Shown here piece by piece: positions 44,221 to 50,850 of a DNA stretch of 50,850 nucleotides. Within the stretch, counting starts at the first letter, position 1. The number at the start of each line of letters is the position of its first letter. This DNA is from Minisyncoccia bacterium (GTDB lineage Bacteria > Patescibacteriota > Minisyncoccia > UBA6257 > JAAZHW01), in contig JBFEPE010000004.1 in the NCBI GenBank assembly GCA_041550235.1, positions 1 through 50,850 of the forward strand, in the 5' to 3' direction. The position numbers were made by a program, and so were the translations under genes. Below the pieces are notes generated by a model. The model searched no databases, was not told the DNA's origin, and saw only the letters and a program-made list of their open reading frames with translations.

Positions 44221-46125
44221 TTACTCGCCTTTATCATTGCCAGCATTATTCTCCCCCTTATTTTCTTCTGATGGACTATTGTCGCTATCGCCTTGTGAAG
44301 GAGACTCGTTATTACTACCACCCGCCTGCTTATACATTTTCTCTCCAATCTTTGAAATCGCCTGTGAAAGAGATTCCTTTCTTTCCTTAATTTTATTAGA
44401 ATCATCACCATTAAGTGCATCCTTCAAATCATTTATTTTTGTCTCAATATCTTGTCTATCTTCGGCAACAATCTTATCTCCCCCATCCCTCATCGTCTTT
44501 TCCGCCAAATATAATAACTGCTCTGATTGATTTTTTACCTCAATCAACTCCTTCTTTTTCTCATCCTCACTAGCATGAATTTCTGCATCCTTTTTCATCT
44601 TTTCTATTTCCTCGTTTGAAAGACCAGTAGATGCTTCTATCCTCACGGACTGCTCCTTTCCGCTTGCCTTATCCTTTGCAGAAACATTTAAAATTCCATT
44701 AGCATCAATATCAAAAACAACCTCCACCTGAGGAACTCCTCTTGGTGCCGGAGGAAGCCCATCTAAAATAAATCTCGCTAGTGTTTTGTTATCACTCGCC
44801 ATCTGCCTTTCTCCTTGAAGAATATGAATTTCTACTTGTGTTTGATTATCAGCCGCAGTAGAAAACACCTGGCTTTTTGAAGCTGGAATAGTAGTATTTT
44901 TTTCAATCAACTTTGTCGCCACTCCTCCCAATGTCTCAATTCCCAATGATAATGGAGTCACATCCAAAAGAAGAACATCTTTCACATCTCCTTGCAAAAC
45001 ACCCCCTTGGATGGCTGCCCCCATAGAAACAACCTCATCAGGATTAATTTCCTTATTTGGCTCTTTTCCAAAAAATTCCTTAACTGCATTTATAATAGCC
45101 GGCATCCTTGTTTGCCCCCCAATCAAAATAATCTCATTTATATCCGATTTTGAAAATCCTTTTTCCTTTATTGTTTCTTCCATCAACTTTATTGAGCGAT
45201 CAATCAAATCTTTTGTGATGTCTTCTAATTTTGCTCGGCTAAGTTTCATTTCAAAGTGCTTTGGACCAGAAGAATCTGATGTGATGAATGGCAAATTAAT
45301 TTCCGCCTCCATCATTGTAGAAAGCTCATGCTTCGCCCTCTCGGCTGAATCTCTTAATCTCTGAATTGCCAAAGAATCCTCTGATAAATCTATCCCCTGA
45401 GACTTTTTAAATTCAGAAATTAAATAATCCATTATTCTTTGATTGAAGTCATCTCCTCCCAAATGCATATCACCACCCGTTGCCTTCACCTCAACGGTAT
45501 CTTCAGAAATTTCCAAAACAGAAATATCAAATGTTCCCCCTCCAAAATCATAAACAACCACCCTTTCATCTTTTTTCTTATTCAAGCCATAAGACAAGGC
45601 GGCCGCAGTTGGCTCATTTATTATTCTCTTCACCTTAAATCCCGCGATTTCGCCGGCATTTTTGGTTGCCTGCCTTTGGCTATCATCAAAGTATGCTGGA
45701 ACGGTGATGATTGCCTCCTCTATTTTTTCTCCTAACTTTTCTTCGGCATCTAACTTTAATTTTTGAAGAATCATTGCAGAAATTTCCTCTGGCTTCTTCC
45801 AATCCTCGCCCATTTTCACCTCAATACCTCCTGTTGATGATTTTCTTGTCTCAAATGGAAATGATTTTATATCTTTCTGAACATCTTCATCATCAAATCT
45901 TTGCCCAATAAATCTCTTTACTGAATATATTGTATTTTTTGGATTTGTTACTGATTGTCTTTTTGCTAAAACACCGGCTAATCTTTCGCCATTTTTTGCT
46001 ATTGCGACAACAGAAGGAGTTGTCCTTTCTCCCTCTTTATTTTCAATTATTTTTGCTTCACCAGAAATAACAGCCGCCATTGCTGAATTAGTTGTCCCCA
46101 AATCAATTCCTAATATTTTACTCAT
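44221..46125 (-). CDS. dnaK: Molecular chaperone DnaK (Hsp70)
   Basis: [17 protein letters not shown] and 634 aa. Confidence 0.97.
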   Translation of the reverse strand: MSKILGIDLGTTNSAMAAVISGEAKIIENKEGERTTPSVVAIAKNGERLAGVLAKRQSVTNPKNTIYSVKRFIGQRFDDEDVQKDIKSFPFETRKSSTGGIEVKMGEDWKKPEEISAMILQKLKLDAEEKLGEKIEEAIITVPAYFDDSQRQATKNAGEIAGFKVKRIINEPTAAALSYGLNKKKDERVVVYDFGGGTFDISVLEISEDTVEVKATGGDMHLGGDDFNQRIMDYLISEFKKSQGIDLSEDSLAIQRLRDSAERAKHELSTMMEAEINLPFITSDSSGPKHFEMKLSRAKLEDITKDLIDRSIKLMEETIKEKGFSKSDINEIILIGGQTRMPAIINAVKEFFGKEPNKEINPDEVVSMGAAIQGGVLQGDVKDVLLLDVTPLSLGIETLGGVATKLIEKNTTIPASKSQVFSTAADNQTQVEIHILQGERQMASDNKTLARFILDGLPPAPRGVPQVEVVFDIDANGILNVSAKDKASGKEQSVRIEASTGLSNEEIEKMKKDAEIHASEDEKKKELIEVKNQSEQLLYLAEKTMRDGGDKIVAEDRQDIETKINDLKDALNGDDSNKIKERKESLSQAISKIGEKMYKQAGGSNNESPSQGDSDNSPSEENKGENNAGNDKGE

Positions 46126-46188
46126 AATTTTTATTTATTTCGCCCAATCCCCTCTTTTTAAATAATAAAAAGCGAGGAAAAAACTTTT

Positions 46189-46410
46189 TTATTTTTCATT
46201 ATGATCTTTAAAATTATCAACTTCTAATTTCTGCTCTCTGTCCATTCTCGCCCTATCTCTTCTTTGCAAAAATATTCCCAGCAATCCAAAAACAAATGAT
46301 ACAAGCAGGGTTATTAAAAATTGATAATTATTTTTTATAAATTCTATTATTGCATTATCCATATTTTTTAAATATATAGGCTTATATATGAGATAAGTTG
46401 ACTTTATCAC
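46189..46410 (-). CDS. Small membrane protein between grpE and dnaK
   Basis: One TM helix FLITLLVSFVFGLLGIFL; start uncertain. Confidence 0.35.
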   Translation of the reverse strand: MIKSTYLIYKPIYLKNMDNAIIEFIKNNYQFLITLLVSFVFGLLGIFLQRRDRARMDREQKLEVDNFKDHNEK

Positions 46411-46502
46411 CCCCCCCGCCTTCGGCGGCGGGGGATTATTCCCCTCTTATAGAGGGGTGGTCCAGCCCCTGTCCGCAGGGGCTGGGACGGGGTGTTCCTC
46501 TC
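46406..46502. repeat. GC palindrome plus composite hairpin element (copy 2)
   Basis: 46406-46437 is CCCCCCCGCC-ttc-GGCGGCGGGGG. 46441-46502 is CCCCTCTtatAGAGGGG TGG TCCAGCCCCtgtccgcaGGGGCTGG GACGGGGTGTTCC. Confidence 0.85.
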
Positions 46503-46503
46503 T

Positions 46504-46980
46504 TTATAATTCCCTAACCTCAACTCTTGATGGCCTTATTATTTTCCCATTTAATTTATATCCCTTTTGTATTTCTCTTCCTATAATATCTCCTGAGCCC
46601 GCCATTGCCTCATGTATTTCTGGATTAAAATCGCTTCCTTCTTCTACCTTTATTTCCTCCAATCCTTTTTGCCTCAAAACATTTTCAATCTGAGACTTTA
46701 TCATTTTTATACCCTTTATTATATCGTCTTTTTTTGAATCATCCCCTTCCCCTATCTTAGATAAAGATTCTATTGCCATATCAAAACTATCTAAAACGGA
46801 AAGCATTTCAAATATTAATTCTTCATTGGCAAATTTTAAAATTTGCTCTATTCTCTTATCTGATTCTTTTTGATGATTTATAAAGTCTGCTTTTTGTCTT
46901 TTCCAGCCATCTAAATAATCATCTCTTTCTTTTTTTAATTCAGTTATCTCTTTTTTTAGTTTTTTTATTTCGTTTTTCAT
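46504..46980 (-). CDS. grpE: Nucleotide exchange factor GrpE
   Basis: Coiled-coil N-terminus, RQKADFINHQK, C-terminal GYKLNGKIIRPSRV. Confidence 0.9.
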   Translation of the reverse strand: MKNEIKKLKKEITELKKERDDYLDGWKRQKADFINHQKESDKRIEQILKFANEELIFEMLSVLDSFDMAIESLSKIGEGDDSKKDDIIKGIKMIKSQIENVLRQKGLEEIKVEEGSDFNPEIHEAMAGSGDIIGREIQKGYKLNGKIIRPSRVEVREL

Positions 46981-46993
46981 GTTTTTTTACTTT

Positions 46994-47053
46994 GCCTCGC
47001 CACGTAAAAAATTGCTTCGCAATTTCAACGTGGCTGGGACGGGGTGTTCTCCT
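46994..47053. repeat. Composite hairpin element (copy 3) abutting the hrcA stop codon
   Basis: GCCACGT-22 nt (inner AATTGCttcGCAATT)-ACGTGGC then TGGGACGGGGTGTTCTCCTC. Confidence 0.85.
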
Positions 47054-47755
47054 CTAATCAATCATTAAATCAGAAAGTGCTTCTAATACTGCCAAATTTC
47101 TATCGTAGAGCATATTCTTTGGTCCCAACAATAGAAAAACCCCTCTTCTTTTTGGCAATGAATAAAATCTTGAGACTAAACTCAAATTCTCGCTTTTCGT
47201 GATAGGACTTTCCTTACCAATAAAGACAATTCTCTCAAATTCGCCGAAATCATCAAAGAAATTTTCTAATTGATTGTCTAAAAACTCAATATCATCAAAA
47301 ACTTTCTTTATCTCTTTTTTTTCTAAATCCGGCAAGCCAAAAAACAAACTACTCATTCCTGATTTTGAAATTCCTGTATCAAAATCATAATAAACACCTA
47401 ATCCCCTACAAAATCTTGAAATAATTTCACTCGGCTCAAAATTTGATACTTCATTTTTTTCCCTTATCTTTTCCGACCACCTACTTGATTCCTTATTTAA
47501 TTTCCCTTCGTTTTCAATAAATCTATTTACAAACCAGCGATATGCTTTATCAGTAGGAATCCTGCCCGCCGAAGTATGAGGTTGCTCTAAATAGTCAGAA
47601 TTTGATAAAAGAGATAGCTCGCTTCTTATTGTTGCTGGGCTTAATTCCGAAAATAATTTTTCAGCTAATTCTAATGAGCCAATAGGCCGTTCATTTTTGG
47701 CGAATTCTCTTATAATAAATTCTAATATTTTATTTTGTCTTTCTGATAATTCCAT
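47054..47755 (-). CDS. hrcA: Heat-inducible transcription repressor HrcA (short form)
   Basis: MELSERQNKILEFIIREFAKNERPIGS wHTH N-terminus; operon position; CIRCE upstream. Confidence 0.8.
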   Translation of the reverse strand: MELSERQNKILEFIIREFAKNERPIGSLELAEKLFSELSPATIRSELSLLSNSDYLEQPHTSAGRIPTDKAYRWFVNRFIENEGKLNKESSRWSEKIREKNEVSNFEPSEIISRFCRGLGVYYDFDTGISKSGMSSLFFGLPDLEKKEIKKVFDDIEFLDNQLENFFDDFGEFERIVFIGKESPITKSENLSLVSRFYSLPKRRGVFLLLGPKNMLYDRNLAVLEALSDLMID

Positions 47756-47778
47756 ATCTTCTATTCCATATTACAAAA

Positions 47779-47805
47779 TTAGCACTCCCTCGTCAAGAGT
47801 GCTAA
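47779..47805. promoter_or_regulatory. CIRCE operator (HrcA binding site)
   Basis: Perfect TTAGCACTC-N9-GAGTGCTAA, 24 nt upstream of the hrcA start. Confidence 0.92.
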
Positions 47806-47847
47806 TTTTTTTTAATAAGCAACAAAAATCACAATAAATAAATTCTC

Positions 47848-48957
47848 CTACTTCTTTTTTCTAAGAAAGGCGGGGATATCTAAACTATCATCCTTATTAT
47901 TATTACCATCATCCGAAATCGAAATAGAAGGATGCCCCCCATTATTATCACCATTTGAATCGCCCAAAAATGTTTGCTGTTTCTCAACTGACTTATATCC
48001 AGAAAATCCTGCCGCCACAATCAAAACCCTTATCTCCCCCTTCTTTATCTTAGAATCCTCAGAAATACCGGGTATAATCTTAGCATGGGGATCAACCATC
48101 TCCCCAATCATCTTGGCCGCTTCATTTATCTCAACCATTTTCAAATCACCATCCTTCCCACTAAAAGACAGCAATATCCCCCTCGCTCCTTGTGGAGATA
48201 TTTCAAACAGCGGAGAATTAACTGCTTTTTGAAGGGCATCCACTGCTCTATCTTCGCCCTCAGAAACCCCAATTCCGATGATTGCCATTCCGGCATCTTT
48301 CAGTACTGCTTTAATATCAGCAAAATCGGTGTTAATAATTCCCGGCTTATTTATCAAATCCGCTAATCCCCTCACAGACTGGGTTAATATCTCATCAATT
48401 GCCAAAAATGCGGCTTGAAGAGTTGTGTCTTTTTCAATAATATTAAAAATTCTATCATTTGGAATTATGATATATGAATCAACTTGTCCCTGAAGTTTGG
48501 CAAGTCCCTCTTCGGCAATTTCCATTCTCCTACTCCCCTCAAATAAAAATGGTTTTGTAACAACAGAAACGGTAAGAATGCCCAAATTTCTAGCAATTTC
48601 GGCAACAACTGAAATTGCCCCTGTTCCTGTGCCACCACCCATTCCCGCTGCCAAGAATATCATATCTGCACCTTTAAGGGCTTCCTCTATTTGAGCCCTT
48701 GATTCTTCAGCTGCCTGACGACCAACTTCCGGGTCCATTCCGGCACCCAATCCTTTTGATATATTTTTGCCAATATGAATTTTATTCCTCACTCCTGTCT
48801 TATGAAGGTCTTGAACATCTGTATTCAGTGCAATTAATTCAACTCCTCGCATTTGATTGCGATTCATACGAGCTAAGATATTGCCTCCCGCTCCTCCAAT
48901 TCCGACTACTTTAATTTTGGCAAAGCTTTCCAATGTTGGACTTTTTACTTTTGGCAT
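47848..48957 (-). CDS. ftsZ: Cell division protein FtsZ
   Basis: GGGTGTG tubulin signature, VVGIGGAGGN. Confidence 0.97.
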   Translation of the reverse strand: MPKVKSPTLESFAKIKVVGIGGAGGNILARMNRNQMRGVELIALNTDVQDLHKTGVRNKIHIGKNISKGLGAGMDPEVGRQAAEESRAQIEEALKGADMIFLAAGMGGGTGTGAISVVAEIARNLGILTVSVVTKPFLFEGSRRMEIAEEGLAKLQGQVDSYIIIPNDRIFNIIEKDTTLQAAFLAIDEILTQSVRGLADLINKPGIINTDFADIKAVLKDAGMAIIGIGVSEGEDRAVDALQKAVNSPLFEISPQGARGILLSFSGKDGDLKMVEINEAAKMIGEMVDPHAKIIPGISEDSKIKKGEIRVLIVAAGFSGYKSVEKQQTFLGDSNGDNNGGHPSISISDDGNNNKDDSLDIPAFLRKKK

Positions 48958-49019
48958 ATTTATATTTTCTTTAATTTAAAAATTTATGATGACTTTGACC
49001 GCAAAATAAATTGTATCAT

Positions 49020-49045
49020 TGCCCCCCCGCCTACGGCGGGGGGCA
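49020..49045. repeat. GC-core palindrome in the ftsZ leader
   Basis: TGCCCCCCCGCC-tac-GGCGGGGGGCA. Confidence 0.85.
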
Positions 49046-49091
49046 GAAAAATTATTAACACATCAAAGCAATTATCAGATAATTCTATCTT

Positions 49092-49120
49092 ATCATAATC
49101 TTTTAATCCACTATTGACAA
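49092..49120 (-). promoter_or_regulatory. Candidate ftsZ promoter
   Basis: Minus strand TTGTCA-N17-TATGAT. Confidence 0.4.
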
Positions 49121-49187
49121 TTTTGTCTGATTATGATGTTTTAATTTAACAGGTGTTATTTTTTATTTCAAAAACATGTTCATAGTC

Positions 49188-49234
49188 AAAAATAATATCC
49201 CCCCGCCCACAATGGGCGGGGGGATATTATTTTG
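49188..49234. repeat. GC-core perfect palindrome with 21-bp arms extending into AT-rich flanks
   Basis: AAAATAATATCCCCCCGCCCA-caa-TGGGCGGGGGGATATTATTTT. Confidence 0.9.
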
Positions 49235-49260
49235 TGTAAATTTAAAAAAATGTATCAAAT

Positions 49261-49668
49261 CTATTTCTCATCTGTCGTCTCATCAGAAGGAGCCATCTCA
49301 TTATTTTCTAAATCATCGCCCTCTTTTTTCTTGTCTTTCTCATCAACATCAGCATCAACGCTAACATCAACACTCAAATTCTTATTGGGCAAATCCAACT
49401 CTTCGCCTGTCTCCACTTTCTTGATAATGCTTTCCAACTTCCATTTCTTATCCTTTGATATTGGGCGGGATTGTGAAATCTCAACGAAGTCGCCAATTCT
49501 TGCCTCATTTTTCTCATCATGAGCTTTAAATTTTTTACTAATCCTCACTCTTTTCTTATATCGTGGATGTTCTGCTAATCTATCAACCTTAATAACGATG
49601 GTCTTATCCATCTTGTCGGAGACTACTACTCCCTTTAATTTCTTAATTGTCTTTCGCTTATTTTCCAT
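49261..49668 (-). CDS. rpsQ: Ribosomal protein S17 with acidic C-terminal extension
   Basis: [20 protein letters not shown]...[19 protein letters not shown]. Start placed at MENKRK; an alternative ATG lies at 49686. Confidence 0.85.
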   Translation of the reverse strand: MENKRKTIKKLKGVVVSDKMDKTIVIKVDRLAEHPRYKKRVRISKKFKAHDEKNEARIGDFVEISQSRPISKDKKWKLESIIKKVETGEELDLPNKNLSVDVSVDADVDEKDKKKEGDDLENNEMAPSDETTDEK

Positions 49669-49715
49669 ATTGATAGTATATAACATTATGTTTAATTAAT
49701 ATATAATTTTTCTCT

Positions 49716-49746
49716 CATACCCCCGCCCCGAAGGGGCGGGGGTATG
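49716..49746. repeat. GC-core perfect palindrome (14-bp arms) between rpmC and rpsQ
   Basis: CATACCCCCGCCCC-gaa-GGGGCGGGGGTATG. Confidence 0.9.
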
Positions 49747-49766
49747 TTTGCTTAATTTATTTATTA

Positions 49767-49946
49767 TTAACCTCTCATAGCAGTTAAGATTCTTGCAATC
49801 TTTTTCTTCAAGAATCTAATCTGCCTCACATTCTTTATCTTGCCAAAAGCCAAATCAAAACGAAGACCGCGAAGTTCTTTGCGACTATCTTCTAAGTCCC
49901 GTGCCAACTCATCACTTTGTTTATTTTTCACATCATCTTTCTTCAT
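49767..49946 (-). CDS. rpmC: Ribosomal protein L29 (59 aa, below the ORF-track cutoff)
   Basis: Hand translation: MKKDDVKNKQSDELARDLEDSRKELRGLRFDLAFGKIKNVRQIRFLKKKIARILTAMRG. Position is immediately upstream of rpsQ. Confidence 0.8.
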   Translation of the reverse strand: MKKDDVKNKQSDELARDLEDSRKELRGLRFDLAFGKIKNVRQIRFLKKKIARILTAMRG

Positions 49947-50053
49947 GTTTATATAGTTAATTATAGTTTATTTATTTATTAATATTTTGCAATATGTATC
50001 TGGCATTATGCATATAATCTCCGCAAATCAATTCCTACCAATATCACTCCCTC

Positions 50054-50081
50054 GCCTCGCCGAAGTTTTAACGAAGGCGGG
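50054..50081. repeat. Module E
   Basis: GCCTCGCCGAAGTTTTAACGAAGGCGGG; also present at 25824-25851 and, reversed, at 42935-42969. Confidence 0.8.
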
Positions 50082-50086
50082 CACCC

Positions 50087-50114
50087 TTGACAAATTATTT
50101 TTATATTTTATAAT
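50087..50114 (+). promoter_or_regulatory. Sigma70-type promoter
   Basis: TTGACA-N16-TATAAT, then AGGAGGtgaaaATG. Confidence 0.6.
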
Positions 50115-50131
50115 CTTGGAAGGAGGTGAAA

Positions 50132-50443
50132 ATGAAAACAACAAGTGCAAGTAATTGGAAATTCAGAGATTATTGGGAATTATTTATCGTTCACAGGGAC
50201 TTTTTTGAGTCCAAGCATGACCTTAAATTTCCCCTTGGTAAGGACGATCAAAAAATAAGAGAATCTTATTGGACATACGGGGAATGTATCAAAAGATTCA
50301 AAGAGTTAAAACATTTTATTGCAACAAACAACCGAATAATCCTAAATGCCTATGTACTTACCCCCAAAATGAAAGAAATAAACATTTTAAAAGTTGGGGT
50401 CGTTAAAAGGGTTTTAAGATTTGTAAGATTCATTTTCTGCTAA
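50132..50443 (+). CDS. Hypothetical protein
   Basis: ATG 5 nt after AGGAGG. 103 aa; no recognised motif. Confidence 0.55.
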   Translation: MKTTSASNWKFRDYWELFIVHRDFFESKHDLKFPLGKDDQKIRESYWTYGECIKRFKELKHFIATNNRIILNAYVLTPKMKEINILKVGVVKRVLRFVRFIFC

Positions 50444-50457
50444 TTAACTAATGCCAA

Positions 50458-50506
50458 AGACGGTCGCTTTGCTTGATTTAAAAGCAAGGTGGCTGTCTCT
50501 TTTTTA
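50458..50506 (+). terminator. Intrinsic terminator (plus-strand specific)
   Basis: 17-bp stem AGACGGUCGCUUUGCUU/AAGCAAGGUGGCUGUCU with four G-U pairs that form only in the plus-strand RNA, then CUUUUUU. Confidence 0.7.
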
Positions 50507-50544
50507 TTTATTATTTTTAATGTTGCAGAAAAACGGAGATTTTG

Positions 50545-50684
50545 CCTTTGGCAAACCCGCCTTCGCCAAGGCAGAATGTCCGCCTATGGCGGGCTACGGC
50601 GGGCGAGGAAAAACACCCCGTCTCAGCCACGTTGAAATTGCGAAGCAATTTCTTTCGTGGAGAGCCACCCCTCTATTAGAGGGG
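50545..50684. repeat. Array of GC-rich modules, including composite hairpin element copy 4
   Basis: TTGCCtttGGCAA; ACCCGCCTTCGCCAAGGCAG; GTCCGCCtatgGCGGGCtacgGCGGGC; GAGGAAAAACACCCCGTCTCAGCCACG...CGTGGAGAGCCACCCCTCTattAGAGGGG. Confidence 0.85.
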
Positions 50685-50850
50685 AATTGTAAGACAAGAT
50701 TAACAACTCCCAAAGAAAATCAAAATTTCGAATATCTAGAGAGTAAATAGAAACAAATTAAGGAATGGGGAGCGATGATCTATATATTCAAATGTTTGAG
50801 TTTTGCCGACTTTCAAATAGAGGCAAAACGAGTTTTTTCCAGCCAGAGGC

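Noticed and set aside
44166-44420. 84-aa minus-strand ORF overlapping the dnaK 3' end, and similar small overlapping ORFs (14444-14629, 21486-21704, 32589-32816)
   Set aside because: They overlap well-supported genes or terminators in other frames, lack an RBS and have no recognisable motifs.
320-49746. G-quadruplex or i-motif interpretation of the G/C runs
   Set aside because: Each strand of an element usually has only one or two G-runs, which is too few for an intramolecular quadruplex. Perfect hairpin complementarity is the simpler explanation.
50451-50750. 99-aa plus-strand ORF
   Set aside because: It runs through a terminator and a 140-bp array of GC-rich repeat modules, has no RBS, and its Gly/Arg/Ala/Pro-rich composition simply reflects the repeats.
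1-50850. Alternative genetic code (UGA recoding, as in some CPR lineages)
   Set aside because: TGA terminates alr (12696), the T4CP-like ATPase (4915) and ORF 7467 at expected protein lengths. Conserved genes are intact under the standard code.
1-50850. tRNA, rRNA, tmRNA or RNase P genes in the GC-rich intergenic patches
   Set aside because: No T-arm (GGTTCRAnnC) or other conserved core motifs were seen. All GC-rich patches resolve into the palindrome and module family. This was a manual scan only, so a dedicated tool should confirm it.

Overview
AT-rich (roughly one third G+C by eye, not computed), gene-dense bacterial window with about 57 supportable CDS, mostly on the minus strand. The standard genetic code applies, since TGA ends alr and other genes at normal length. 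Housekeeping genes include frr, alr, dnaX, rpmE, prfA, rsmA, murA, ruvX, radC, pnp, secE-nusG-rplK, rplS, ftsZ and rpmC-rpsQ, plus hrcA-grpE-dnaK with a perfect CIRCE operator. The short dnaX and hrcA, the absence of rplA after rplK, the giant E/K-rich orphan proteins and the tiny gaps suggest a reduced-genome lineage such as Candidate Phyla Radiation/Parcubacteria. That assignment is inference only. Accessory content includes a class II Fic gene behind a triple palindromic operator-like array and a Type II R-M pair wedged between frr and rseP. It also includes a T4SS coupling-protein-like ATPase, DUF3800, a Com-like zinc finger and several self-contained orphan genes with canonical extended -10 promoters. 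A four-gene minus-strand cassette encodes a PD-(D/E)XK nuclease plus 745, 781 and 511 aa orphans. No rRNA, tRNA, CRISPR array or transposase was recognised. The strongest unexplained signal is non-coding: a dense family of GC-rich perfect palindromes (core CCCCGCC-loop-GGCGGGG) plus mosaic GC-rich modules in almost every gap longer than about 60 bp. Several are bracketed by direct duplications of the flanking sequence. One composite type has conserved flanks around a hairpin that varies in sequence but stays paired, and it is always co-oriented with the upstream gene. All protein calls rest on motifs read by eye from the ORF track; no searches were run.
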